Of a stretch of DNA of 64,000 nt, positions 12,681-28,561 are shown in pieces (the first letter of the stretch is position 1; every line of letters starts with the position of its first letter). The notes under the pieces are model-generated. The model was not told the origin of the DNA and made no database searches. It was given only the letters and a program-made list of their open reading frames with translations. The DNA comes from Eledone cirrhosa (lineage: Eukaryota). The position numbers and the translations under genes are program-made. Location of the stretch: contig OZ024741.1 of NCBI GenBank assembly GCA_964016885.1, positions 228,408,001-228,472,000 of the forward strand, written 5' to 3'.

Positions 12681-13974
12681 TCAAATATCAATCAAGATAT
12701 AAAAACAAATTCGATATGCGATAAACGCAACATGTACATAAATTGTACTCTTACCATCCCCTCCCTTTCCTGATCTTTTGTTCTCTCTTTCTCTCTTTTT
12801 TTTTTCTTTCTATATTTCCCTATTCTTTCTTTCCTTTTGTTTCCCTTTTTTATTTTTTCTTACTAAATAAGGTTTGTTTTTTCACGAGATGTTAATAAAC
12901 ACATTGTAGCACATATACAAATAGATGAATACTGACTTAATGAATACTGGGGTGCTAGAAGGCATAAAACTAACACAATCTTAACCTCGACTGAGCCAAA
13001 GATCTGAATACACGAGTTAACAGAGGCGTTTAAGCGCTGGAGGAATTGCTTTGTGGTTGTTAATTTGGCTTCTTGCGTCATGTGTTCAAATGTTATCGAG
13101 GTCAGTTTTACCTTTCATTTTTTCTGGGTCGATTCTGGCAGAATTGCTAGAACGCTGGAGAGGATGCCTTGTGTTAAAAGCCCCACTTCCTCGCGTTCTG
13201 GGTTCAAATTCCACCGGTTCAACGCCATCATCTGACCCATGGACGCTTTTACTTGAGTTCACTTTGTTGCATGCATTCGAGTTAGGTCTCTGGCTTAAGA
13301 ATACTTGGCTAAACATTCATGGATGTCATGAAAAGAATCATGGGAATAATCCTCCCTTCTAATTAAACAATGAAAAAACGACAGTAGCTTGACCTGCTAG
13401 AAATTGCAACCAACTCTTCCTCCAAATAACACCCCACTATGTTAAAAAGAAAAAAATGATATATTAGATAAAGTAGTCCTAGATATATAAAGTTAAAAAA
13501 TGTCTGTCCCAACCCGGTTGTTTTTTAGGCCGGTGCTTATCCAATTTCATTGGTGTTAAGCCACTAAGAGTACAAGCCTCCTCACCTGAACAGGATGCTA
13601 ATCCATTACCTGGTTAACCCCCCAGATACTCCTGGTACTTATATGCAGCACCCTATCCAATAGGCCACGCGCCTCCCGACTAAACAATGAAAAAATATGT
13701 TACTTAACCTGCTAGATATAGCCGCCAACTCTCCCTCAGATAAAACCAAACCATGTTAAAAAGAAAGAATGTAACATTAGATAAAGTAGTCCTAGATATA
13801 TAATGTACCTGAAAATAGGATTGGAGAGGTATGTTCTACATGCCTGTTAGATAAGGACTGGGGCTACAACATCAGCAACAATTTACCTCAATCCCTTTAA
13901 ATCGGCTGAAGACCTACATCTAAGAACTAGCGATTCTGGGGAATTTATATTCCATATATTAATGGTCGTAAATA

Positions 13975-14160
13975 ATTGTTTCTACTTTTGGCACAAGGCT
14001 AGCAATTACCCAGTGCATTACTGGTACTTTATTTTATCAACCCCGTAAGGATAACAGGCAAAGTTAACCTCGGCAAGATTTGAACTCAGACTGTAAAGGG
14101 CCGAAAATCTTGGCTATAAAGCATGGCGTCCAACCTCCTACCGATACTTCCAATCCACCG
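13975..14160 (-). mobile_element. tRNA-derived SINE, same family
   Basis: Reverse-complement match. Confidence 0.8.
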
Positions 14161-14281
14161 TTTCAATTTTAGCGAAAGCATGAAAGCCACAACACCTTAT
14201 TCGAGTGTGTGTTATCTTTCTTCGTGTATATCATTTTTTTTTTACCTTGAACTGTATATATATGTATGTGTTTTGTGTGCT

Positions 14282-14523
<242 letters not shown>

Positions 14524-14644
14524 ATTTATATATAACAATGGTGATGGTGATGATGTGTGTGTACGTGTGTATCCGTACGAACATTTGTGTACTCTCGAGA
14601 TAACCACCAGAAATAGTTCACATGTGAAGGAAATTGAAATCTCC

Positions 14645-14782
14645 ATCACTGTCACTAACACCTCCACCACCACAACAACAACAACCGCCTACCAATATGT
14701 TAACTCTCGCCACCACCACGACCACCACAACAACCACCTACCATTATGCTAACTCTCATCACCACCACACCACCACCACCAC

Positions 14783-14813
<31 letters not shown>

Positions 14814-15012
14814 ACCTACCATTATGATAACTCTCACCACCACCAACACCACCACCACCACCACAACAACAACCACCTACCATTATGTTAACTCTCACCA
14901 CCACCACCACCACCACCGCAACAACAACAACAACAACCACCTACCATTATGTTAACTCTCCCCACCACCACCACCACAATAACAACAACCACCTACCATT
15001 ATGTTAACTCCC
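14645..15012. repeat. ~50-70-bp minisatellite (accacctaccattatgttaactctc + variable ACC/AAC runs)
   Basis: The anchor motif recurs about 6 times. Confidence 0.85.
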
Positions 15013-15419
15013 GCCCGCCCCCCCCCCCACCACTATCACCACCACCACGACCTTCAACATCATTACTCCTTCCCAGTTTCTTACATAGGTACCTACCTAT
15101 TAAGCCCCATTATCAATGCTACTTTTTGTACATATCCCCCGTTGCTTCGAAAAAGGCCATTTTACAAACAACGCCCCTAACAACAATGACAACAAGTGTC
15201 ACAACAACTACAATAACAACAGTAATTGTAAAAATAACCGCAATTGTAGAAACAACAAAAGCAACAGTAAACAAAACAACAAAATTAACCGTAACAACAG
15301 CAACAACAACAAAAGCAATCGTAACAACAGCAGCAACAGCATAAGCAAAAGTAACAACAATAACAACAACAGTAACGACAGCAAAGACGACAGTAACAAC
15401 AATCACAATAACAACAATA

Positions 15420-18400
15420 CGATTAACTGTATTAACAATAACAATAGGGTCGACTGTAACAACAACAACAATAGGATCACAGTAGCAACAAGAAGAGGAT
15501 CAACTTTAACAAAAAGGGGATCAATTATAACAACAAGAGGATCAACTATAACAACAAGAGGATCATCAATAACAACAAGAGGATCAACAACAATAACAAG
15601 ACGATCAACAATGACACCAAGGGCATCAACTATAACAACAAGAGGATCAACAACAATAACAAGAGGATCAACAATAACAACAAGAGGATCAACTATAACA
15701 ACCAGATGATCAACTATAACAACAACAGAAGATCAACTATAACAAGAAGGGGATGAACTATAACAAGAGGATCAACAATAAGAACAACAGGATCACAGTA
15801 TCAACAATAACGACAGGAGGATCAACTATAACAACAAGGGAATAACTATAACAACAAGAGGATCAACAATAACAAGAGGATCAACTATAGCAACAAGAGG
15901 ATCAACAATAACAAGAGGAACAACAATAACAACTACAAGAGGACCAACTATAACAACAAGAGGATCAACAATAACAACAAGTGGATCAACAATAATAACA
16001 AGAGGATCAGCTATAACAACAAGGGGATCAACTATAACAACAAGGGTATCAACAATAACACCTACAGGATCAACTATAACAACAAGAGGATCAACAATAA
16101 CAAATAGAGGATCAACAATAACAACAAGGGGATCAACTATAACAACGAGAGGATCAACTATAACAACAAGAGGATCAACAATAACAACAAGAGGATCAAC
16201 AATAACAACAAGGGAATGAACTATAACAAGAGGATCAACAATAACAACAGAAGATCACAGTAACATCAAGAAAAACAAGTGGATCAACTATAACAGCAAG
16301 AGGATGTACAATAACAACAAGAGAATCAACAATAACAACAAGAGGATCAACAATAACAACAACAGGATCAACTATAACAACAAGGGGATCAACAATAACA
16401 AAAACAGGATCAACTATAACAACAAGAGGATAAACAATAACAACACGAGGATCAAGTGTAACAACAAGGGGATCAACAATAACAACAAGAGGAACAACAA
16501 GAACAACTACAAGAGGATCAATTATAACAACAAGGGGATCAACTATAACAACAAGAGGATCAACAATAACAACAAGAAGATCAACAATAACAACAAGGGA
16601 ATGAACTATAATAAGAGGATCAACAATAACAACAGAAGATCACAGTAACAACAACAGCAACAAGTGGATCAACTGTCACAAAAAAGGTATCAACAATAAC
16701 GACAAGAGGATCAAATATAACAACAAGGTATCAACTATAACAACAAGAGGATCAACAATAACAACAAGAGGATCAACAATAACAACTAGAGGATCAACAA
16801 TAACAACAAGAGGATCAACTATAACAACAAGGGGATTAAACAATGACAACAAGAGGATCAACAATAACAACAACAGGATCAACTATAACAACAAGAGGAT
16901 CAACTATAACAACAAGAGGATCAAAAATAACAACACGAGGATCAACAATAACAACAAGAGGAACAACAAGAACAACTACATGAGGATCAATTATAACAAC
17001 AAGAAGATCAACAATAACAAAAACAGGATCAACTATAACAACAAGGGGATAAACAATAACAAGAGGATCAACTATAACAACAACAACAGGATCAACAATA
17101 ACAACAATAGGTTCAACTATTACAAAAAGGGGATCAACAATAACAAGAGGAACAACAAGAACAACTACAAGAGGATCAAATATAACAACAAGGGGATCAA
17201 CTATAACAACAAGAGTATCAACAATAACAACGAGAGGAACAACTATAACAACAAAAGGATCAACTATAACAACAGAAAGTCACAGTAACAACAACAACAA
17301 CAACAACAACAACAGGATCAACAATAACAACAACAGGATCAATTATAAGAACAAGAGGACCAAAAATAACAACAGGATCATCTATAACAACAAGACGATC
17401 AACAATAACAACAACAGGATCAACAATAACAAAAAGAGGATCAACAATAACAACAAAAGGATCAACTATAACAACAAGAGGATCAACAATAACAACAAGA
17501 GGATCAACAATAACAACAGAAAATCACAGTAACAACAACAACAACAAGTGGATCAACTATAACAAAATAGGTATCAACAATAACGACAAGAGGAACAACT
17601 ATAACAACAAGGTATCAACTATAACCATAAGTGGATCAACAATAACAATAAGATGATCAACAATAATAACAGGAGGATCAACAATAATAACAACAGGATC
17701 AACTATAACAACAAGGGGATCAACAATAACAACTACAGGATCAACAATAACAACTACAGGATCAACAATCACAACTACAGGATCAATTATAACAACAACA
17801 GTATCAAATATAACAACAAGAGGAACAACAATAACAACAAGAGGATCAACAACAACAAGGGGATCAACAATAACAACAAGAGGAACAAAAAGAACAAATA
17901 CAAGAGGATCAACTATAACAACAACAGGATCAACTATAACTAAAAGGGGATCAACAATAACAACAAGAGGATAAACTATAACAAAAAGAGGATCAACTAT
18001 AACAACAACAGGATCAACTATAACTAAAAGGGGATCAACAATAACAACAAGAGGATAAACTATAACAAAAAGAGGATCAACAATAACAACAACAGGATCA
18101 ACTATAACAACAAGGGGATCAACAATAATGACAAGAGGATCAACTATAACAAGAAGAGGATCAACAATAACAAAAACAGGATCAACTATAACAAAAAGGC
18201 GATCAACAGTAACAACAAGAGTATCAAATATAACAACAAGAAGATCGACAATAACAAAAAGAGAATCAACTATAACAACAAGGGGATCAACAATAATAAC
18301 AACGGGATCAACTATAACAACAAGAGTATCAACAATAACAACAAGAGGATCAACAATAACAACAAGAGGATCAACAATAACAACAATGGAATGAACTATA

Positions 18401-21400
18401 ACAAGAGGATCAACAATAACAACAGAAGATCACAGTAACAATAACAACAACAAGTGGATCAATTATAACAAAAAAAAGTATCAAAAATAACCACAAGAGG
18501 ATCAAATTTAACAACAAGGTATCAACTATAACAACAAAAGGATCAACAATAACAATAAGAGGATCAACAATAACAACAAGAGAATGAACAATAACAACAA
18601 CAGGATCAACTATAACAACAAGGGGAAAAACAATAACAACTAGAGGATCAACTATAACAACAAGAGGATCAAATCTAACAACAACATGATGAATTATAAC
18701 AACAAGAGGATCAACAATAACAACTACAAGATCAACTATAACAACAAGAGAATCAACTATAACAACAACATGATGAACTATAACAACAAGATGATCAACA
18801 ATAACAACTACAGGATCAAACTATAACAACAACAGGATCAACTATAACAGCAAGAGGATCAACTATAACAACACGATGATCAACTGTAAAAACAAGGGGA
18901 TCAACAATAACAAGAGGAACAACAAGAACAACGACAAGAGGATCAACTAATACAACGAGAAGACCAACAATAACAACAACAGGATCAACAATAACAACAA
19001 GAGGATGAAGAATAACAACAAAAGGATCAACTATAACAACAATAGGATCAATTATAACAACGAGAGGATCAACAATAACAACAAGAGGATCAACAATAAC
19101 AACAAGGGAATGAACTATAACGAGAGGATCAACAATAAAAACAGAAGATTACAGTAACAACAACAACGAGTGGATCAACTATAACAACAAGGTATCAACT
19201 ATAACAACAACAAGAGGATCAACAATAACAAAAAAATGATCTACAATAACAACAAGAGGATCAACAATAACAACAACAGGATCAAATATAACAACAAGAG
19301 GATCAACAATAACAACTACAGGATCAATTATAACAACAATAGGAACAACAATAACAACAAGAGGATCAACAATAACAATAAGGTGATCAACTATAACAAC
19401 AAGAGGATCAACAACAACGACAACAGGATCAACTATAACAAAAAGAGGATCAATTATAACTACAAGAGGATCAATTATAACTACAAGAGGATCAACTATA
19501 ACAACAAGAGGACCAACAATAACAACAAGGGGATCAACTATAACAATAAGGGGATCTACAATAACAAAAAGAGGATCAACTATAACAACAACAGGATCAA
19601 CAATAACAAAAAGGGGATCAACAATAACAACAAGAAGATCAACAACAACAACAAAAGTATTAACTATAATAACAAGAGGATCAGCTATAACAATAAGGGG
19701 ATCAACAATAACAACAAGAGGATCAACAATAACAACAAGAGGATCAACTATAACAACAAGAGGATCAACAATAACAACAACAGGAACGACTATAACAAGG
19801 AGATCAACAATAAAAACAAGAGGATCAACAATAACAACAAGGGGATCAACTATAACAACAAGAAGATCAACAACATTAATAATAGGATCAACAAAAACAA
19901 CAAGAGGATCAACTATAACAACCAGAGTATCAACTATAACAACAACAGAGGATCAACTATAACAAGGGAATGAACTATAACAAGAGGATCAACAATAACA
20001 ACAACAAGTGGATCAACTATAAGAAAAAAGGTATTAACAATAACGACAAGAGGATAAACTATAACAACAAGGGATCAACTTTAACAACAAGTGGAGCAAC
20101 AATAACAACAAGAGAATCAACAATAACAACAAGAGGATCAAAATAACAACAACATGATCAACTATAACAACAAGGGGATCAACAATAACAACTACAGGAT
20201 CAACTATAACAACGAGAGGATCAACTATAACAACAAGAGGAACATCAATAACACCAAGAGGATCAGCTATAACAACAAGGTGATCAACAATTACAACAAC
20301 AGAAGCAACTAGAAAAGCAAGGGGATCAACAATAACAACGCAGGATTAACTATAAGAAGATCACAATAACAACAAGAGGATCAACTATAACAACTAGGGG
20401 ATCAACTATAACAACAAGAGGATCAACTATAACATGGGGATAAACAATAACACCAAGAGGATCAACTATAACAAGAAGAAAATCAACAATAACAACAAGA
20501 ATATCAACAATAACAACAAGAGGATGAACTATAACAACAAAAGGATCAAAAATATGAACAAGAGGATCAACAATAAAAACAAGAGGATCAACAATAACAA
20601 CAACAAGGGGATCAAGAATAGCAACTACAGGATCAACTATAACAACAAGAGGATCAACTACAACAACAACACGATCAACTATAACAACAAGAGGATCAAC
20701 TACAACAACAACACGATCAACTATAACAACAAGAGGAACAAAAATAACAACAAGAGGATCAACAATAACAAGAGGATCAACTATAACAACAAGAGGATCA
20801 ACAATAACAACAAGGGAATGAACTATAACAAGAGGATCAACAATAAAAACAGAAGATGACAGTAACAACAACAACGACGAGTGGATCAACTATAACAACA
20901 AGGTATCAACTATAACAACAAGAGGATCAACAATAACAAAAAAGGATCAACAATAACAACAAGAGGATCAACAATAACAACAACAGGATCAACTATATCA
21001 ACAAGAGGATCAACAATAACAACTACAGGATCAATTATAACAACAATAGGAACAACAATAACAACAAGAGGATCAACAATAACAACAAGGGGATCAACTA
21101 TAACAACAAGAGGATCAACAACAACAACAACAACAGGATCAACTATAACAAAAAGAGGATCAATTATAACAACAAGAGGATCAACAATAACAACACGAGT
21201 ATCAACTGTGACAAGAAGGGGATCAACAACAACAACAAGAGGAACAACAAGAACAACTAGAAGAGGATCAACTATAACAACAAGAGGACCAACAATAACA
21301 ACAACGGGATCAACTATAACAACAAGGGGATCTACAGTAACAAAAAGAGGATCAACTATAACAAAAACAAGATCAACAATAACAAAAAGGGGATCAGCAA

Positions 21401-24400
21401 TAACAACAAGAGGAACAACAAGAACAACTACAAGAGTATCACGTATAATAACAACAGGATCAACAATAACAACAACAGGATCAACAATAACAACAAGAAG
21501 ATCAACAACAACAACAAAAGTATTAACTATAATAACAAGAGGATCAACTATAACAACAAGGGGATCAACAATAACAACAAGAGGATCAACAACAACAACA
21601 AGAGGATCAACTATAACAAGGAGATCAACAATAAAAACAAGAGGATCAACAATAACAACAAGGGGATCAACTATAACAACAAGAGGATCAACAACATTAA
21701 TAATAGGATCAACAAAAACAACAAGAGGATCAACTATAACAACCAGAGTATCAACTATAACAACAACAGAGGATCAACTATACAAGGGAATGAACTATAA
21801 CAAGAGGATCAACAATAACAACAACAAGTGGATCAACTATAAGAAAAAAGTTATCAACAATAACGACAAGAGGATCAAATATAACAACAAGGGATCAACT
21901 TTAACAACAAGTGGAGCAACAATAACAACAAGAGAATCAACAATAACAACAAGAGGATCAAAATAATAACAACATGATCAACTATAACAACAAGGGGATC
22001 AACAATAACAACTACAGGATCAACTATAACAACAAGAGGATCAACCATAACAACAAGAGGAACATCAATAACACCAAGAGGATCAACTATAACAACAAGG
22101 TCATCAACAATTACAACAACAGAAGCAACTAGAAAAACAAGGGGATCAACTATAACAACGCAGGATCAACAATAACAACAAGAGGATGAATTATAACAAC
22201 AAGAGGATCAAAAATATCAACAAGAGGATCAACAATATAAACAAGAGGATCAACAATAACAACAACAGGATCAAGTATAATAACAAGGGGATCAACAATA
22301 GCAACTACAGGATCAACTATAACAACAAGAGGATCAACTACAACAACAACACGATCAACTATAACAACAAGAGGATCAACTACAACAACAACACGATCAA
22401 CTACAACAACAAGAGGAACAAAAATAACAGGAGGATCAACAATAACAAGGGGATCAACTATAACAACAAGAGGATCAACAATAACAACACCGGGATCAAC
22501 TGTACAACAAGAGGAACAACAAGAACAACTACAAGAGGATCAACTATAACAACAAGAGGACCAACAATAACAACAAGGGGATCAAATAAAACAACAAGGG
22601 GATCAACAATAACAACAAGAGGATCAACTATAACAACAGGCTCAACAATAACAACAACAGGATCAACTATAACAAAACGGGGATCAGCAATAACAACAAG
22701 ATGAACAACAAAACAACTACAAGAGGATCAACTATAACAACAAGAGGATCAACAATAACAACAAGAGTATCAATAATAACAACAAAAGTATCAACTATAA
22801 CAACAAGAGGATCAACTATAACTACAAGAAGATCAACAATAACAAAAACAGGATCAACTATAACAACAAGAGGATAAACAATAACAACACGAGGATCAAG
22901 TGTAACAACCAGGGGATCAACAATAACAATAAGAGGAACAACAAGAACAACTACAAGAGGATCAATTATAACAACAAGGGGATCAACTATAACAACAAGA
23001 GGATCAACAATAACAACAAGAGGTAAAAAATAACAACAAGGGAATGAACTATAACAAGAGGATCAACAATAACAACAGAATATCACAGTAACAACAACAG
23101 CAACAAGTGGATCAACTGTCACAAAAAAGGTATCAACAATAACGACAAGAGGATCAAATATAACAACAAGGTATCAACTATAACAACAAGAGGATCAACA
23201 ATAACAACAAGAGGATCAACAATAACAACTAGAGGATCAACAATAACAACAAGAGGATCAACTATAACAACAAGCGGATCAACAATGACAACAAGAGGAT
23301 CAACAATAACAACAACAGGATCAACTATAACAACAAGAGGATCAACAATAACAAGAAGAGGATCAACTATAAAAACAAGGGGATCAACAATAACAACAAG
23401 AGGATCAACTACAACAACAAGGGGATCAACAATAACAACAAGAGAAACAACAATAACAACTACAAGAGGACCAACTCTAACAACAAGGAGATCAACAATA
23501 ACAACAAGAGGATCAACTCTAACAACACTATCAACAATAACAACAACAGGATCAACTATTCCAAAAAGGATATCAGCAATAAAAACAAGAGGAACAACAA
23601 GAGGATCAACAATAACAACAACAGGATCAACTATAACAACAAGGGAATCAACAATAACAACTACGGGATCAACTATAACAACTAGGGGATCAACTATAAC
23701 AACACGAGGATCAACTATAACATGGGGATCAAAAATAACAACAAGTGTTTCAACACTATCAACAAGAGGATCAACAATAACAACAAGAGAATCAACTATA
23801 ACAACAAGAGGATCAACTATAACAACAAGAGAATCAACAATACAACAAGAGGATCAACTATAACAACAAGAGGATCAACAATAAAAACAAGAGGATCAAC
23901 AATAACAACAAGGGAATGAACTATAACCAGAGGATCAACAATAACAACAGAATATCACAGTAACAACAACAACAAGTGGATCAACTATTACAAAAAAGGT
24001 ATCAACAATAACAACAACAAGAATCAAATATAACAACAAGGGGATCAACAATAACAAGTACAGAATCAACTATAACAAAAAGAGGATCAACTATAACAAC
24101 AACATGATGAAATATAACTACAAGAGGATCAATAATAACAACTACAGGATCAACTATAACAATAACAGGATCAACTATAACAACAAGAGGATCAACTATA
24201 ATAACAAAAGAATTAACAATAACAACACAAGGATCAACTGTAACAACAAGGGGACCAACAATAACAACAAGGGGATCAACTATAACAACAACAGGATCAA
24301 CAATATCAACAACAGGATGAACTATAACAAAAAGAGGATCAGCAATAACAACCAGAGGAACAACAAGAACAACTACAGGAGGATCAACTATAACAACAAG

Positions 24401-26830
24401 AGCATCAACAATAACAACAAGAGGATCAACAATAACAACAAGAGGATCAACTATAACAACAAGGGGATCAACAATAACAACAACAGGATCAACTATAACC
24501 ACAAGGGGATCAACAATAACAACAAGAGGAACAAGAAGACCAACTACAAGAGGATGAACAATAACAACAAGAGGACCAACAATAACAACAAGGGGATCAA
24601 CTATAACAACAAGGGATCAACAATAACAACAAGCGGATCAACAATAACAACAAGGGATCAACAATAACAACGAGAGGATCAACAATAACAACTCCAGGAT
24701 CAACTATAAAAACAACAGCATCAATTATAACACCAAGAGGAACAGCAAAAACAACAAGAAGATCAACAATAACAACAAGGGGATCAACTATAACGACAAG
24801 AGGATCAACAATAACAACAACATGATCAACTATAACAACAAGAGGATCAACTATAACTACAAGAGGATCAACAATAACAACACGAGGATCAAATGTAACA
24901 ACAAAGGGATCAACAATAACAACAAGAGGAACAACAAGAACAACTACAAGAGGATCAACTATAACAACAAGAGGACCAACAATAACAACAAGGGGATCAA
25001 CTATAACAACAAGGGATCAACAATAACAACAAGCGGATCAACAATAACAAAAAGGGTATAGCAATAACAACAAGAGGAACAACAAGAACAACTCCAACAA
25101 GAGGGGGTTTCAACTATAACAAGATGGGGATCAACTATAACAACAACATGATCAACTATAACAACAAGAGGATCAACTATAACAACAAGAGGATCAACAA
25201 TAACAACACGAGGATAAAGTGTAACAACAAGGGGATCAACAATAACAACAAGAGGTTCAACTATAACAACACGATCAACAATAACAACAACAGATCAACT
25301 ATTCCAAAAAGGATATCAGCAATAACAACAAGAGGAACAACAAGAACAACTACAAGAGGATCAACTATAACAACAAGAGGATCAACAATAAAAACAAGAG
25401 GATCAACTATAACAACAAGGGGATCAACAACAACATCACAGGATCAACTATTACAAGGAGATCAACAATAACAACAAGAGGATCAACAATAACAACTACA
25501 GAATCAACTATAACAACACGAGGATCAACTATAACAACAAGAGGATCAATAATAACAACACAAGGATCAACTGTAAGAACAAGGGGATCAGCAATAACAA
25601 CAAGAGGAACAACAAGAACAACTACAAAAGGATTAACTATAATAACAAGAGGATCAACAATAACAACAAGAGGATCAACAATAATAACAAGAGTATCAAC
25701 AATAACAACAAAAGGATCAACTATAACAACAAGAGCATCAACAATAACAACAAGAGGATCAACAATAACAACAAGAGGATCAACAATAACAACAAGAGGA
25801 TCAACTATAACAGCAAGGGTATAAACAATAACAACAAGAGGATCAACAATAAAAACAAGAGGATCAACTATAACAATAAGGGGATCAACTATAACAACAA
25901 GAGGATCAACAACAATAACAATAGGATCAACAATAACAACAAGAGGATCAACTCTAACAGCCAGAAGATCAACTATAACAACAACAGAGGATCAACTATA
26001 ACAACAAGGGAATGAACTATAACAAGAGGATCAACAATAACAACAACTAGTGGATCCACTATAACAAAAAAGGTATCAACAATAACGACAAGAGGATCAA
26101 CTATAACAAGAAGGGATCAACTATAACGACAACAGGATCAACTATAACAACAAGGGGATCAAAAATAACAACTACAGTATCAACTATAACAACAAGAGGA
26201 TCAACTATAAAAATAAGAGGAACATCAATAACAACAAGAGGATCAACAATAACAACAAGTGGATCAACTATAACAGCAATAGAATGAACAATAATAACAA
26301 GAGGATCAACTATAACAACGACAGGATCAACAATAACAACAAGAGGATCAACTATAACAACAAGGTGATCAACAATAACTACAACAGGATAAATTATAAC
26401 AACAAGGGGATCATCAATAACAACAAGAGAATCAACTATAACAACAAGAGGATCAACTATAACAACAAGAGAATAAAATACAACAAGAGGATTAACTATA
26501 ACAACACGGGGATCAACAATAAGAACACAGGATCAACTATAACAAGGAGATCAACAATAATAACAAGGGGATCAACTATAACGACTAGGGGATAAACTAT
26601 AACAACAAGAGGATCAACTATAACATGGGGATCAACAATAACAACAAGAGGATCAACTTTAACAAGAAGAGGATCAACAATAACAACAAGAGTATCAACA
26701 ATAACAACAAGAGGATGAAATATAACAACAAGAGGATCAACAATAACAACAAGAGGATCAATAATAACAACAAGAGGATCAACTATAACAACAAGAGGAT
26801 CAATAAAAAAACAACAAGGGAATCAACACT
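15420..26830. repeat. ~11.4-kb degenerate satellite, basic unit 21 bp ATAACAACAAGAGGATCAAC(A/T), with higher-order duplications
   Basis: Unit visible throughout; translations TRGSTIT / NNKRINY / DPLVVIV are frequently broken by frameshifts and stops. Confidence 0.95.
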
Positions 26831-27136
26831 AGCAACAATAACTAAAATCCCACAGAAACAAAGACAACAACAAAAGCAACAGCCTTAGGAACAGGAACAA
26901 AAACAATAAAAACGAGTTTTATCAGCAACAGCAACGATAGTAAAAAAAACACAATAACAACAACAACAACAACAACGAAGTAGGCCACACCGCACGTGTT
27001 CGCTCCGCTTGCTAGAAATAGCAGAAAAAACTCCCTCAAATCACATACACCATTCTCTTAAAATAAAGACACATTGGACAATGCGGGTTCCTGATATATA
27101 TTTTTAAAAAGACGGTTAGAATATCTTAGATTATAT

Positions 27137-28250
27137 AATTGTTTCTACTTTTGGCACAAGGCCAGCAATTAACCAGTACACTACTGGTACTTTATTTTAT
27201 CGACCCCGTAAGGATGAAAGGCAAAGTTAACCTCGACGGGATTTGAACTCAAACCGTAAAGGGACGTAACTATGCTAGAAAGCATGGCGTCCAACCCTCT
27301 ACTGATACTGCCAATTCACCGCCCTCGATAATTGTTTCTACTTTAGGCACAAGGCCAGCAAATACCCAGTGCATTACTGGTACTTTATTTTATCGACTCC
27401 GTAAGGATGAAAGGCAAAGTCAACCTCGGAGGGATTTGAACTCAGATCGTAAAGGGACGTAACTATGCTGGAAAGCATGGCGTGCGACCCTCCACCGATA
27501 CTGCCAATCCACCGCCCTTAACATTATATAATGCCGTGAAGTATGAATGAATATTGTAGAAATTTGTAGAAAAAAAACAAATTTCTACACATTTTATACT
27601 TGATGACCCAATAGTTTGCTTTTCATCCTTACGGGGTCGATAAAGTAAAGTACTAGTCATGCCCTGTGGTCGATTCAATCGACTATACCCGCCCCCAAAA
27701 ATTACTGGCCTTGAAGACATATTTACCTAGTTGATGTTTGAATTCCAATGAAAGAGTCTTGCGTCTATGTTAGAAACCGCCTCTCTCTCTCGGTAAAAAT
27801 TAATAAAATAATTGTTTAGCACAAGGCTAGCAATTACCCAGTACATTACTGGTACTTTATTTTATCGACCCCCGTATGGATTTGATAAAATAATGGTTTC
27901 TGATTTAGGCACAAGGCTAACACATTTGGGAAAGGGATGTCGATTATATCGACCCCGTAAGGATGAAAGACAAAGCTAATCTCAGCGGGATTTGAACTCA
28001 GAACGTAAAGGGACATAGCTCTACGCCACGAAACAGTGTCCGATGCTCTACCGATACTGCCAATCCATCGCCTTTATAAAATAAGGAAACCAGAAGAGCA
28101 AACATACATGATGATGATGATGGCTGCCCCCTCGTTATCGAGTATGGCCATTGCATGATATACCATTAATAATCATTAGTCGATAAAATAAAGTACCAGT
28201 AATGCACTGGGTAATTGCTGGCCTTGTGCCTAAAGTAGAAACAATTATTA
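27137..28250. mobile_element. Cluster of tRNA-derived SINE copies (27137-27324 -, 27330-27516 -, 27615-27712 +, 27812-27875 -, 27895-28072 -, 28178-28250 +)
   Basis: Each matches the 11252-11440 family. Confidence 0.8.
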
Positions 28251-28561
28251 ATTAATTCTATCGTGCAATGCCTGGGCGTGAAGATATTTTATAAAGTGAA
28301 GAAAGACTGTACACTGAGCCAATCCCACTCTCTGAGCTATAACCCGAAACGAAGAAAAGATCAACATCATCGGTAACAGGTTTTATATCGGAGTTATCCC
28401 AGTTTCCTGAGTTGCCTTCTCCTAGAAGAATGCCCTGACAAAGGCTAGGGGCCTTCACTCCCAGTGGTTTAACCGGGCGGTACATGTGTATATACATATT
28501 TACACACTTTTGGGTGGCCGTTGACTCTCATGAGTTCTTCCGCCCTATACATACATACATA

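Noticed and set aside
12863-13362. Overlapping 60-103-aa ORFs
   Set aside because: They overlap decayed SINE heads (gggttcaaattcc; tacctttcatt..gggtcgat); no domain recognised.
15116-26888. Mucin-like/Asn-rich ORFs
   Set aside because: Frames switch and stop repeatedly within a satellite; no splice sites or signal peptide identified.
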